A DNA stretch of 64,000 nucleotides from Eledone cirrhosa. Its lineage: Eukaryota. Shown piece by piece: positions 40,921-54,450 of the stretch; within the stretch, counting starts at the first letter, position 1, and each line of letters begins with the position of its first letter. The position numbers and the translations under genes are program-made. The stretch spans positions 3,286,001-3,350,000 of the forward strand of contig OZ024747.1 of NCBI GenBank assembly GCA_964016885.1, written 5' to 3'. A model generated the notes under the pieces. The model was not told the DNA's origin and searched no databases. It was given only the letters and a program-made list of their open reading frames with translations.

Positions 40921-42332
40921 GATAAAATAAATATATTTTTAAAAATGAGACCCTTAAGAGTGTGTGACCGTACACTATAGTTTATACACAAGTCCAGAAC
41001 TGCCTACTTTATATCACACCCTACCATCTTAAAAATGAAAAAGACGCTTTAGATAATATAGTTTGGATAGACTATACTTGAATGAAAACTAGAATTATTG
41101 TGGCTAGAATGCCTTTAAGCATATGTTGTCTGCTGAGTCAGAGAACTGACTATATGCTAAAGAGGAACAACAACAACCTGACAGCTTATCAGAAGTTATA
41201 CATCTTCATTCCTTCTTCTATTGAAGCCAATTATAATGGAAGACAGTATAAAGAACTTTACCAATCTTGTTGCATTTCCTGAAGATTTGGAAAACAAAAA
41301 AAGCTTTTATAATGAAAATTGAACATCGATTTCCTTGAAAAATGACAAATAGTCATTTTCAGTTTTAATAAACAATTTTGCTCATGCTAGATGTTGAAGC
41401 GGTCATCCACTCCAACTATAGGTTAAGTAGCCTCAGCAACCCACAATTGCTGGCTTCACTTAGAATCTTCCCCTCTCTCTATTCCTCTCATAGTAGTTTC
41501 TCATAGTAATATTGATACCACCCCTCACTATAAGTACACGCCAGCCCTCACCATTACTGGAGAGAATTGTACCAATATTATTTCAGACATTCTTATTTCC
41601 CCAAATGCTATCCTGAGAACTTCACACTTCTCACCCCACACTAGGCGATTTGCCTCCACTTCTAATGAATTTGTCATTAGGAAAAGAGCCACTCATGTGA
41701 AGTTTTCCAATGGGAAAAAGAAAGAAACTTATCCTCAGATAGAAAACCTAGTCAAAATACTTGCAGAAGTGTGGACCCTTTTAAAGAAACCCAAACACAA
41801 AGTAAGAGTGTTATTTGATTTTAGTTTATCTTCATATCACCCGTTCTCTTTTCTTTCATACCTTCCATGCCTCTCACTTCGATTTTATAGCCTAGTCTTA
41901 AGTATTACTTCATCCCCTAGTTGCTTACTGCCTGACTAATTATTCTCTATTCCCAGAATTGGTTTGTGGATTACAACCTCATTGTCTTTTAGTTTATATA
42001 TTACTGTGTATACTCAAATATAAGCCAAGGAATGTTGTTTTACATACAGAAATATTTGACCAAAACCCCATCAGTATAACTAAAGAGATTTCGTTTAAGG
42101 ATTTTTTAGTTATCTCATAAAGTTCCAGTTCATATTGGTTGTCATGAAGCGGTTTTCACTGGCCATTGTCCACGGAAATTCTTTTGCGGTATTGTCCATG
42201 GAGTGTAGCCCCAACACTACCGTACACTAGGCCCAGAGCCCATCACCCTCCCTTTCTTCTGTGACCCTAGAATCCTTGCTTTTCCCCTCCTTTTCCTCTC
42301 ATTTATGGTTTTTATATTCCTTTCCTCTACTT

Positions 42333-42390
42333 CCCCATACAGCCAGATCTACCCTTCCTTACCCCATACAGCCAGATCTACCCTTCCTTC
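42333..42390. repeat. 29-bp tandem duplication
   Basis: CCCCATACAGCCAGATCTACCCTTCCTT occurs twice. Confidence 0.9.
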
Positions 42391-43379
42391 CCCATTTTCT
42401 CATTACTTAATTTTGTTTTTATCTTTCTTTCTCATACTTCTTTATCTTTTGAAAATAAACTTCCTTGTAAATCCTTTATTTAACACTAATAGTTAAATAT
42501 TTTGGGGTTGCATAGTAATGAAAATCCGAGATACACTACTAGTTGCAGACTAGAATCATAGCAGTTCGAATATTTCCAGATGAAAGCATAGCAGTCATGA
42601 AAAACTGAGAAAAATATCCGATTTCAACTGTATAAGGGAAATAACTGTAAATATTTGTAGAGAGTGACTTCCCTTCCTCCTCACGCCGAGCGGATAAATC
42701 TTTTGTCTTTTACATAACCTACATGCAGAATTATGATTTTGAATTTTACCTTATAAAACTGATTAAAATTTATTTATCGCTAACTGAAGATAAAAAAAGA
42801 AAAAAAGAAACCATTTTTATATTTTATTTCAATATTTACTTATTTCTGTTTGTCTTGTTTTTATTTCTAAGTTGCAAGAACTACTAAATACTTCCCCTAG
42901 TCTGTCATAGTTTACTACCTAGCTTTATATAGGTATTTAAATTGATTAAATGAACATAAATAAATATTATTTACATTTTATTATTGTTTTTCTTTTTTAC
43001 AATTTCTTAAAATAAAGCTGACAAATAACATATTTAAAAAAAGAAAAACTTGCCTTTCTCTCAATAGAAATGATTTTCATCTCAAAATATTATTTTTAAG
43101 TAATCAGAGATGGTGGCTTTTGTCAGTATGTTTGTTTCTCTATGATAATTATAATTATCTGAAAAAATATCTTACAATCTAAATAGAAATATTTGTCTAT
43201 TCATTTCTGTAGAACAGTTTAAAATAAAGTTGTTGAAAGGTAACTAAGTCCATTGCCAGGTTTTGATGCTAGGTGGGGGTAGACTTCAAAATATTCTGAG
43301 TAGACACACTTTAATTCACAATAAGCTGAAGTTATATGGTAGTAATAGTAATTGCAGTCTCTATTTTTGGTTTTCTTCT

Positions 43380-43860
43380 TCCAGCATGTTCTATCATAAG
43401 CTGCCATCTTCCAAAGCAAGACCAACTGAGCTTATGAATGCTATGAAACCATCTTGCTCATTGTCTACCTCTTCTTCTTTGCCTACTTATACCTGAGAAG
43501 GCTAGGGGCGTTGAGTCCTTAAACACTCCTTCCAGCAAGTTCTATCCAGCAACTATCCTCAATGATCCAGCTGGATCTCCAAGTGAGACAAATCAAGCTC
43601 TTGGATGTTATCCAATCATGATTCTCAGCATCTACCACTGGGTCACCTGCCAGTTGGTTTTGCCCATAAAATCTGTCCAGTGATTCTTTCCTTAAACATT
43701 CTAACCACATGTCTGCAGTAAAAGAGCTGTGCTCTCATGATATGGAGAAGTATTGGCTCTACCTTACACAATTCTTAGCACACCAAGCCATGAACCTTAT
43801 TGAGTAATGTTTCTACAAAGATACTTCAGAGAAGCTCCATTTCGTCTGCTTCTATTCATG
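43380..43860 (-). mobile_element. RTE fragments (family of 24655-25035)
   Basis: Reverse complement similar to 24655-25030; an extra partial 3' end at 43380-43460. Confidence 0.75.
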
Positions 43861-44085
43861 ACTATATTCTTTTAGTCATGGCTTTTTTAAATTGGTAATG
43901 TTATAAAAGTCTTGTAGTATTCAATTATTATAACTTTTATGTTCTGAGTTCAAATCCTACTGATGTAAACTTTACCATTCATTCTTCAATGGCTAATAAA
44001 GTACCAGTCATGCACTAGGTAGGGTTGATATAATTAACTGTTTCCTCTCCTAAAACTTCTGACCTTGTGCTTATATTAAAGTAAT

Positions 44086-44295
44086 TACTGTATATACTTG
44101 AATATAAGTCGAGGAATATGTGACCAAAAATCAATGGTAAAATGGGGTGGGGGGGCTTATATATGCTATCTAAACAATGTGTTGATTAATGCCTTGGCTT
44201 ATAAATGGTATTTGGATTTTTTCCCATTTCACAGACATAAAATAGGGAAAGGGTGTCTTATATTCAGATTAGCTTATATTCAAGTATATATGGTA
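44086..44295. mobile_element. Tc1/pogo-type MITE
   Basis: TA-CTGTATATACTTGAATATAAG ... CTTATATTCAAGTATATATGG-TA; a lone left end occurs at about 42002. Confidence 0.75.
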
Positions 44296-46060
44296 TATAC
44301 CTTTTCATTTGTTTTTATAATCTTTCATGATATGCAGGGAGGCTGTCCATACTCCCCTGACTAAGCCATAATCATTTCTTTTTTGATATAACTGGTTTCG
44401 TACACTTGCTTTCATAACATATAAGGATTTTAATTTTACTGTGATCAGAAATATATTTTCTCAGGGTTTTATAGTTTATATATTAGCATGTTAATACAGA
44501 GGTCATTGTAGGTGGTGAATTGGCAAAGTTGTTAGAACATCAGATAGAGTACTTTGCAGTAATCATTTCAGCTTCCTGTTCTCTCATATGTAGATAGGTT
44601 TATATATATGAGATGGACCTTTGCAAACATGGAAGCATTTGAGTGCAGCAAATCAACTTACCCAAATTTCTTCACATAATTATTTGAACATCTGATGCTG
44701 TAACACCAGTGCCAGTTGGTGTAATGATCACATAAATGATGTATACTGTTATCACTGAAATATGTATTGTGCAATAAATGTGATTATGTAAACATAATAT
44801 CTGTCTTAACGTTAATTTAGACAAACTCCTTTGCTTTTGATCACCATTGTAATGCTGGTCATATATGACTGACATGGAGGGCTTTTACTTGCTTACACCT
44901 GTTTATCAATAAGATATTACAATGCAACTCTCACATGCACGCAACACAGTAATTAGCAATATATACATATATATATATATATGAAAATAAAATGGTATAG
45001 ACAGATGTAGATTTACCTATACAAGAGGAAAGATAGAATGGAGCAACTAATCAAATAGAAAGTTTTAAAAAACTCCAACTTTTTCTGCATTTAGTGCCTG
45101 GGCAATGGCAAGTATCACTGCTGATTCAATCTCATGTTTAGTTGCTTTCTTCCAGTATAATATACCTGAACAGAAGTTTGTTACAATTGTCCATTTAACA
45201 TAACTTTTTGATAAAGTTTTCAACATGTGTGTGTGTTGATATGTGAATCTGTATGTGTGTAGGGAGTGTTGAAAGAAAGAAAAAAAAAAGAAGAGTTAAA
45301 GCCATAATCAATGAATGCTACCCATGTTTGCAAAAGATGTTCATTTGTGCATGGGTGTAAAATGGCAGGTCTTCTTTTATTCCATATGAATGCTTTTATC
45401 CTGACTCGGTCGTGCAAAGCTTAAGCTTTGTAAACTGTCTCTCTTTCATTCATTGCATAATACAAATCTAAAAAGAAAAGAACTTTTTAAATATTATATG
45501 CTGTCTGACCATGAAAGTTTATAAAATACTCTTCACTTCATGATAATGGATTATTTATAAAAGAGAAAAATGAACGAGAGCAATCCCTACAGAAAATGAG
45601 ATACAGAAACTAAGTTCTGTTCGTGGAAACTAAATCATTGATTGGTGCTAGCATTAATTTCATAATCACAATAGTAGTATAATTAAGGAGTTTTAAAAAT
45701 ATTGATTTCTTGTAACTTGGTATAAAGGTTAATTTTTGCAAACAAATTGTGCAAGTCGATTGAATCAACACGAGTTTATGAGGTCAAGTGAAGCATGTAA
45801 GATTAAGAGAACAAAATCCTCTTCCACTCATCCCTCTTCTCCTCTTCTCACCTCATCCCCTTCACCTATCCTCCTCTTCCTATTCCTCCACTTCCTCTTC
45901 TCGTCATATGTAGAAAATTTTATATCGTAGTGCTTGGCTGTTATTCTTAATCAATCACATGCTTTAAAAACACTGGGAGGCCTTTTGGGTATTGTTAGAA
46001 GATTTCCACCCTATTCCAAGTAATTGGGCCAGATCTCCATTCTAATATATATATATATAT

Positions 46061-46335
46061 CATCATCATCATTTTACGTCCGCTTTTCCCTGCTTGCAAG
46101 GGTGGGACGAGTTCTATCTCCTCCATGAGCTTCAGCAATCTGAAGTCAGCTCTCACCACCTCCACCCAGTTTTTCGTGGTCTACCTCTACTGCGTCTTCC
46201 TTCTACTGGGATTTCTTGGCACTTCTTTACCCAGCGGTCATCCTCCATGTCCATACCATCTCAGTCTGCTCTCCTGCGCACAACTTATTCCTCTTATACA
46301 CAGTTTCTCTCTCAACTCATCTATGCTTGGTCGTA
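46061..46335 (-). mobile_element. RTE LINE 3' end, third family
   Basis: Highly similar to 37573-37840; (CAT)n tail abuts (TA)n. Confidence 0.85.
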
Positions 46336-46488
46336 ATGTGAATGTTAAAGGGTTAAAGACTTAACTTGGTAAGAGCAGTCGGTACCATTTGTAAAAGATC
46401 AGCCTGTTTCCCTAGACGTAACATACTGTAATAAACAGTGTAACAGAGGAAGGAGGATTCTTCTAGTCCACTGAAGACATTGGTTAGT

Positions 46489-46531
<43 letters not shown>

Positions 46532-48699
46532 GTAAAAAATATTAAAAAGTTAGAAAATTAAGGGATACTCTACAAATCAGATTATATAGGAAATATAATA
46601 AAACATTTGAAGATGCACATAATGTTTTTTTATATATGCCTGCAAATTTACTGGACACTAGGAAAAAATTAGTTTTTATTTGTTTTATTAATATAGGTGA
46701 GTTTGGAGAAATAATCGTGCATAATCATCTAATTAGTTTTGTGGTAATTGGTTTCACTATGAGAAGCTTTTCAAAGTTTCATTTTAATTTGTGCTGGTGT
46801 TGAATATATTTTACATGTTTTGCTGTGCATTCTGTTGAATATATTTTACCATCTATATACATACAAACAAAGAAAGAAAGAAACAAGCTTACATCCATCT
46901 ATATAACTATTTGAGATCAGCTTGCACCACCTTCACCCATGTTTTCCTTGGTCAATCTCTACTGCAGCTTCCTTCTACTGGGATTTCCTAACACTTCTTC
47001 ACTTCATCATCCATGTATATTACATGTTTGAACCAATGTAGTCTTCTCTTTTTATAAATCCTACAATTAATGTTGGTGTGTTGTCATGGCACCCAATACA
47101 AGTAGATAGAAGAAGTTATTGGTAACAAGTTATTTTATTTCAGATCTGTAGATTCTTTTTTGATTATGAAAATTCTAATATCCATTGGAAGCAAAACTGA
47201 TATGTGATGTTTCTATTAATGGCTGTCTTAGAGTCTATTCTGTCCACCATTGTAACAAATACAGTAGGTGGGTGGGGTAGAAGGCGTTATATATATATAT
47301 ATCAGTGTTATTCTTTAAACACAAACCTTAACTTTAGTCTGTACACAAACCAACACTAAGTGAAAATATTTCAGTAAAGTTGACTTAATTATTGAAGTGT
47401 AATGAGTGTTAGAAAGATGAAGAAGAAAAAGAAAGTGAGAAGATGAATAAGAAGATAATTGAGAAGATACTGATTTCCCAAAGAATAAGGTACAATGTTT
47501 TTAATTCTTCAAGTGCCAAAAACTTGTATGTCTTTTACTTCCTGCCCCTTGTTTGCCAATGGCCTCTTAGTATATTTTAGTTTTGTTTGTGAAGCACAAA
47601 CCCAGACAAAGTAAATAAAGCAAATTTGATCAAATTATCTCTTTTATTTAATTTTTAACAAGCGTTTGAAAAATGCAAATATCAATTAATTTTGGCCTGG
47701 AGCAGCAAAATACAAAACAAAACAAAACAGAAAAAAAGAATAAGAAACACAAAAGAAAACTCACTGGTAGTAAGAGAGTTAAGATGTAGAAGAAACCATT
47801 TCAGATTTCAAACATACAGCAAGATATATTTACTTAAGTTGCTATCATACTTTGTTGTGATTTACTTACAAACTTTGGCTTGAGATCGAATTGGCTACTA
47901 ACACAGTGCAAACAATTATACCACTTTTATTTATTTTAAAACTTTCTGATTCTACCATCTCAGTATGTGATAGTATGCTTTCTAATCTCCAATAGAATTG
48001 AATAAACCAAGATATTCAAGATTGTTCTGGAGAGTCAAAATAGTCAAATGTATCTAGTCCTAGTCTAGAATCTCAGAGGTCTTGAATTTGAATCTTCTGG
48101 AAAAATTGTGTTGTGTATTTGGACAGTAGAGATATTGCCCCATGCATCAGGCCACTAACTATTCAGAAATACGTACCACATCCTTTAGAACTGTTATCAG
48201 ACATCTTATTTGTGGAGCTGATGATTAATGAATGTTTCGTTAACTGAACAATTAGAATATGGAATTAAATACCAGCATATAGAAATCCATAGAATATGTT
48301 TATATTAGGTAGCCCCCTGGTATTAGTATTGAGAGCTTTGTAATGACAATTTTTAAAACAAATATTAATTTGGTGTCTGATTTAGGCACAAGGCCAACAA
48401 TTTTGGTGGAAGGGAAAAGTCAATTAAATCAACCCGAGTGCATTACTGGTACTTTATTTTAGTAGGTAAAGACATTTACTGTTTCTAATCAGTGTATACA
48501 ATATATGAAGTGAAGCTAATATTTATTCAGATGAAAATATCTTCACAAAACTAGAAGAATATTGATATTGTAACTTTTAATGTTTACTTAGAGTTTTCCC
48601 CCATAAAACATCTCTACAAATACTTTATTATAATTTGATTGATTATTCATGATTTTACTTTCAAAGCTTTGATGGTTTGCTTTGTTTGTTTCTCCTTGA

Positions 48700-48960
48700 A
48701 AGTTAGTCTCATCCAGTAACCTAAGGTCTTGAGGTTAACAATCGAGTGTTTTTCTTCATATTCTATCTGTTCCAAGCAAAACAGTCTGTTGGAATTGTTC
48801 CAAGCTCACTTATGATTCTAGTTGTTTATTAAATTCTTTGAATATTTAGCTAAACACTCCTAGAGTGCCAGTTATCTATGAAAAGATATTTTTCCATTTT
48901 AGAATAAAGAAATTGTTCCCACTTCTAATTCTTAGTTCATTGATGTTTTCAGTCTTTTCC
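48700..48960 (-). mobile_element. C-terminal remnant of an REL-endonuclease (R4/NeSL-like) non-LTR retrotransposon
   Basis: Minus-strand ITGTLGVF followed by QQTVLLGTDRI*RKTL, resembling the IGALG...QK..LLGTARILRKVL terminus of such elements. Confidence 0.55.
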
Positions 48961-49358
48961 TTGGCTTTATGTTGAATATAATAATGGTTTCTAACATTGG
49001 CCTAATACCTTATTTATTTACTTAATCAATTTAAACGTCCATATAGAGCTAGTAAGCCATGACTTACTAGAGGAAATATCTAATACTTCTTACAGCTGAG
49101 AAACAAAGAACAAGGTAGACAGAGATAAATAAATATAAAAATAGAAATAAAGTTAAAACAAAATTAAATTAAAAAAAAATAATTCCGCAGAAAAGGATAA
49201 GTTGATTAAATTAACCCCAGTACTTTACTGGTGCTAATTTTTATCAATACTAGGAGGTTTGAATACATCAGATCTCTTCCAAACCCTCTTTTCCTAACTT
49301 CCTTTCTTAACCTTCACACACTACTCATACATCAACCTGTTCTCGCTTTATCTTAAAT

Positions 49359-49392
49359 TTCCTGATGAAGGACTTCTCTCTGAAACGTTGAA
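49359..49392 (+). ncRNA. Minimal hammerhead ribozyme in a Penelope-like pLTR (about 49260-49480)
   Basis: TTC-CTGATGA-a-GGA-cttctc-TCT-GAAA-CG-TT-GAA; same family as 22098-22133 with weaker stems. Confidence 0.6.
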
Positions 49393-49489
49393 CCCTCCTC
49401 CACTTCCTCCAAGCATGAACCTAATATCACTGAATATTTTTGTATTCCTGTGTTTGTTTTGTTTCATTTATTAACTATATATATATATG

Positions 49490-49685
49490 GTAAGAGAATT
49501 GGATTCACAATCGTGAGGTTGTAAGTTCGATTCCTGGACCAGGCGATGCGTTATGTCCTTGAGCAAGACACTTTATTTCACGTTGCTCCTTCTACCTGGA
49601 GTTGCGACCGATAGATAGTATTAGCAATTGGAAAGACCAACAGAAACATTGTTTCCTCGGTCCGATTTGACGAAAGTCAATCAAC
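49490..49685 (+). mobile_element. SINE family B variant
   Basis: GTTCGATTCC B-box; body matches 27510-27737. Confidence 0.7.
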
Positions 49686-49714
49686 TATCTATATATATGT
49701 ATATATCAATATAT

Positions 49715-49850
49715 GTGAGTCCTGATTTCAATTGGGAGTAACCACAGAAAGTATGGTACTCAATATATTAGTAGGAAAGCTTTCCTGATGATTTCATTTG
49801 AATTAAACAAACAGTTCTAATCTCATAGAAGCCATTTCTATATTAAACTT
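49715..49850. mobile_element. Inverted fragments of a Penelope-like pLTR
   Basis: 49715-49770 is the reverse complement of a sequence like 16590-16645; 49780-49850 resembles 16512-16575. Confidence 0.55.
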
Positions 49851-49854
49851 GATA

Positions 49855-50405
49855 TATCATCATCATTATCATCGTTTAACGTCCATCTTCCACGCTAGCA
49901 TGGGTTTGGACGGGAGTTTTTCCACTTGAGGCAAGATTGGTTGTCTTGCTCGTATAGGACTGTCTGGCGGGTTTTCTACGGCTGGATGCCCTTCCTAACA
50001 CCAACCACGTTTACAGTGTGGACTGGGAGGTTTTTACCGTGTTATCTACACGGCCACATTACAGCGTGGACTGTGTGTTTTTTTGTTGTGACACCTACAC
50101 GACCTCATTTATTTAGGAATGGATGTTGTGGTACCAACATAACTTTACATCGAAAGGGTTAGTGTGGATGGGGTGGGGGTGGTGGGATGGGAGTGTATTT
50201 TGGTAAGAGGTGCCAACTGACTGTAGGTTTCGCTTTGTACTTAGGCAAGCGGGTCTTCTGTATTACTGAGTAGCGCCAAAGATCTCGGTCCAGTGACATT
50301 GTCTTGGAGAGGTGTAAGTGTGTGAGGTCGGAATTTATCAAGTCGTCCCAGGTTTTTCTGGATCTGCCTACTCCGTGGCTACCGTCTATTTTTATCGCCC
50401 TACAC

Positions 50406-50410
<5 letters not shown>
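49855..50410 (-). mobile_element. RTE LINE 3' end
   Basis: Translation IKKCRAIKIDGSHGVGRSRKTWDDLINSDL; same family as 12141-12630. Confidence 0.85.
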
Positions 50411-50459
<49 letters not shown>

Positions 50460-50484
50460 CAAAGGGTAGTAGAGTGGGAAATAA

Positions 50485-50591
50485 GAAAAAGTATGACCCC
50501 GACGGCAGAGCTCAAGCGTTTCGATGACTATTTCTGTCCAGAAATAGCCATCAAAACAACTTGAGCTCTGCCGTCGGGGTCATACTTTTTC
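50485..50591. repeat. Near-perfect 107-bp palindrome between (TA)n tracts
   Basis: Perfect 32-bp outer arms (50485-50516 and 50560-50591) plus a mostly paired inner stem with a 2-nt loop. Confidence 0.9.
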
Positions 50592-51590
50592 ATATATATA
50601 TATATATTCTTCTTATCCTTACAGTTATAGTCATAGAGAGAGGACAAATGATAGAGAGAAGATATCAATAATTATTTAATGATATTCTTTGTTCTCATGT
50701 CTGCCATTACTTTCAGCTGTTCAGAAATTCTAAGTGTTGGCAAACCATGAACATTTTGAAAAATTCTAAAAGTAAAGTTGGTGCCACCTAGCCAGATTTG
50801 TCACATTTTCACATCACTTTATTGGTTAGAATTGTTTTTCTATGCTAGCAAGAGGTGATAATGTGAATGTTATATTTTTTATTCCGTCTGTTAAAATTGT
50901 TCATATAGTGTTAGTTGTATGAATATAACATTTATTGACACAGTTACTTGGAAAATACATTTCCTAGAAAAATGACAAAATATTATTAAATTTACTCCTC
51001 TTTCTCATTATCATTGCTGTCTTCTTCATTGTCATTGTTCCCCTCTTCCTCCTCCTTATCATCATCATCATCGTTGTCTTCGTCATTATTGTTAGTATTA
51101 TGTGAGACATTTGATTGTGTTAACAGCAAAGAAGAGAAAAAGAAAACTATATTTATGTAATTATTCACTTTCTCTCACTTTCTCTGTCTCTACTTGTGTA
51201 CACACGGACGCACGCGCACACACACACACAAGCAAGTACAGCTGGAACAAGTAATAGAACAATAGAATATATATGTATATATATATGTATATATATATAT
51301 GTATACACACACATACGCACACTCACACGCACACATGATATTCAAAACCCATGATTCACTCCGACACCAGCTTTCTCACATTTTTCAATAATTTGGTCAG
51401 GTAAGTAAAGTAATATTGGTACAAGTAAATAGGTTCAATTTATGTATATAATTCTGATCAAGGCTACATGAGGTGTAAATGCTATTGATCCAGACTTCTG
51501 TTGATCAATATCAAAACAGCAAATCAAAGATATTTCTTATTGTAATAATATTGTTTGATATGAAAATTGAATTGGAAGATTTTGCCATAA

Positions 51591-51637
<47 letters not shown>

Positions 51638-51640
<3 letters not shown>

Positions 51641-51872
51641 TAGTAACACAACAGTTAATTCGCCATACTGGGAACAATTGTCTCACCTTGCAGATCTTCA
51701 GCTCGGACTGATAATGGCTTAACCATTATCAGTCCAAGCTGAAGATCCGCTAAGGTAAAACAAGTGTTCTTGGTATGGTGAACTAACTGTTGTGTTACTA
51801 CTTCTACCAAACCTGTCCCATGGACTGAGTGCTCTACCACTACAGATATTACCTTCCAGTGTTCTACTTTTA
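51638..51872. mobile_element. Palindromic Penelope-like pLTR pair with two divergent hammerhead cores
   Basis: 51638-51717 is inverted at 51723-51803. Plus strand: CCAAG-CTGAAGA-TCC-gcta-AGGT-aAAA-CAAGTG-TT-CTTGG. Minus strand: CCGAG-CTGAAGA-TCT-gca-AGGT-GAgA-CAATTG-TT. (TA)n on both sides; 3' end repeated at 60895-60980. Confidence 0.65.
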
Positions 51873-51877
51873 TATAT

Positions 51878-51910
<33 letters not shown>

Positions 51911-52574
51911 GAATACTAATAATAAATACAAAGACCAAAATTCAGAGAGGACACAAAAGATCCCCTGTACTAGCTTTGTGGATACCAAGCAAGGAACCAC
52001 TGATATTATTGTGTACTTCGATATGATAGTAGTGTGTTGTTTGAGAGTTATTTGGTTACTATTTCTAGTACATTAAGTGATCACTTAGTTTTGTTGTTGC
52101 TGTTTTCTTATGGCCTGAAAGCCAGTTATTTTTTAATCTGTTTTTTCTTTCAACCAATGATATACTTGCAAGTTATAAATAGTAGAGATTGTGCAGGTGG
52201 ATATGTTACTAGATTGTGTCTCTAACTTCTGATCTTTTAGTACAAAATCTGACTAGTTATCATTGTTTACAATGGACCAAGCTTTCAGCTGCCATATAGC
52301 AATTCTCTTGTGGATTTCTTTTTGGGATGGCTCTGTATATTGTTCCTATGATGTTTTTATTCTTCAGCATTAGATATGACCTTTCCATTATTCCAGTTCT
52401 TGTCTATCTGTTGGTAAAACTACTTTTGTTCTCTGTGGATCATACAATCTTGTATATACTATTCCATCATTAGTTGAAATCTTCCTAATTTAGTTTGTTT
52501 CAGCCATGAGTCTTTTTAAGCAACTCTATTACTGTGAAGATGCCTTTTTTTTTCTTCCTACATTATTTCAAAGC

Positions 52575-52740
52575 TCAGGCATGGCTGCGTGGTAAAAAAG
52601 TGTTCTTTGCAATCACATGGTTTTAAGTTCAGTCTCATGCCGTGGTATATTGGGCAAGGGTTTTTGCTATAGTTTCAGGCAGGGCAATCAATTTTGAATA
52701 ACATTTATTAGACAGAATGTGTGGAAGTTCATCATATATA
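52575..52740 (+). mobile_element. Degenerate SINE family C
   Basis: GGCATGGCTGCGTGGTAA..CACATGGTTTTAAGTTCAGTC..TTGGGCAAG head. Confidence 0.6.
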
Positions 52741-54199
52741 TACTTGTATTTTATTGTTTTCTCAGGTAAAGAAATATGTTCTTGTTTCTTTCATATTGTT
52801 ATTATTCCAACTAAGGTGTCTGCAACAGGTGTTCTCTGTGAGTTGTGGAACTTTTTAATGTTTTACATATAAGATATGATATAAGTGTGAGCCAGAGGTA
52901 AAACTAAAAAGATCAGAATTTGTTCATAACATAAGTTGTTCATTGCTGTTCCAATCAATGTAATATTGCTTGTTTCTTCCTAAACAAGCTGAATACATAA
53001 TAAAACTACTCTGTTCTTTCAGGTCCCTTCCTCTCTGTGTCTATAGTAAGTATATTCTTTATCTATTTCTATTCCGAATGCACCAAGTAGTATTTCTTTT
53101 CTCTTTCTTTTTGTTTTCTATTTTTTTATTATTATTTTTCTTTTATCTAAACCCTTCATTTCTCTGCAATAAATTGTAATGAAACTGTACATTATAAAAG
53201 GGATAGCTAGTAGGTTTATATCTAGGAGCAGAATGCATGGATATTTAATATTTCTAAATGTTCTTATTTTTGTTTTGATAAATTTATAGATCTTTAACAT
53301 TGTTTCATTAAATTCAAGATTTCAATTATGTATGATATGATATGATGATGATGATGATTGCTCCATATATTGGAAAGTTTAAAGTATGATCTTGTCTTAT
53401 GTTCAACATTTTAATTATATCTTTGATTCCATTCCTTAGTTAAGGTATTTTAAAACATAACATTTGATTTTGTTTCATGAGGGGAAAGATTTCAACTATA
53501 ATTTTGATACCAGGTTGTTTAAAGAATAACATTTGAACTTGTTTTATGAGGCTAAAGATATCAATTATATCTTTGATGCCATTCCATAGTTAAGGTTGTT
53601 TGAATACATACCATAACAAGCAGAATAATATAATGTTTTATATAATCTTCTTTCTAGTTCTCACTTTTATTTTTTATATTAACCTAACATTTCTTTAATT
53701 CTCATTATGTATTTTCTCAATCAGGTCTTCATATGTATCTTATTAGTTTCATTTGTACCTTTGTAAATTATGTAGCTGGAACTGGTCTAATATTATGGTT
53801 TTAGTGTGGAGAGTTAATTTGATACATGAATATTAAATATTTTACCTCTTCTTAAAATAACTTTGGTAAATTTGTCTAAACTCATGCTCCAATTGGCTGG
53901 CTGCCAATTCAGTGATGGTGTAGCCTCTCTCTTTCAAATATATCGACCATGCCTCTGTTGATCACATAGATATGATACAAGTTAAGGGCAGAAATACTTG
54001 CTTGAGGGGGATTTCTTCTCTGAAGGCCTGCTATCCAGCTCTTCTGAAAGTTTCTTACCACTACCTAGTCCAATAGACAGACTTCAGACAAGCTGAACAT
54101 GGATAAGAAACCACATTATTGCTGTTGGACACTAACATTTGGCAATGATGACAGGGTGCACTTGAGTCCTCTCAGGGTCTGGAGCTTTCAGATTGAAAC

Positions 54200-54450
54200 T
54201 CTTTCTACACCTTTAAAATCAACGTTTCTATACACCTTTTGAGCAGCAGCAAGTTCTTCAAGGTCTTTGGCAGCAAGGATGTACTTCAGTTGGTATTTCC
54301 AACACTTCTTTGGACCATTGCATTAATGAGAACCACCAACCCATTAACTCATCATAAAGCAGTATTCTTGGCACTTTGGATTCCTCCATTCAGATTACAT
54401 ACCTAGGGCATCAAAGAATGCACTTCGATACTAACAATGCTGAATTCATG
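54200..54450 (-). mobile_element. RTE/BovB-like LINE C-terminal remnant
   Basis: Minus-strand translation YVI*MEESKVPRILLYDEL..GPKKCWKYQLK resembles GHVxRMxDxRLPKxxLYGEL..GxPxKRxKDxLK. Confidence 0.65.

Noticed and set aside
45318-45358. Possible pre-miRNA hairpin
   Set aside because: Stem too short and no match to any miRNA I recognise.
52030-52550. Possible REL-type LINE remnant
   Set aside because: Too degenerate to support.
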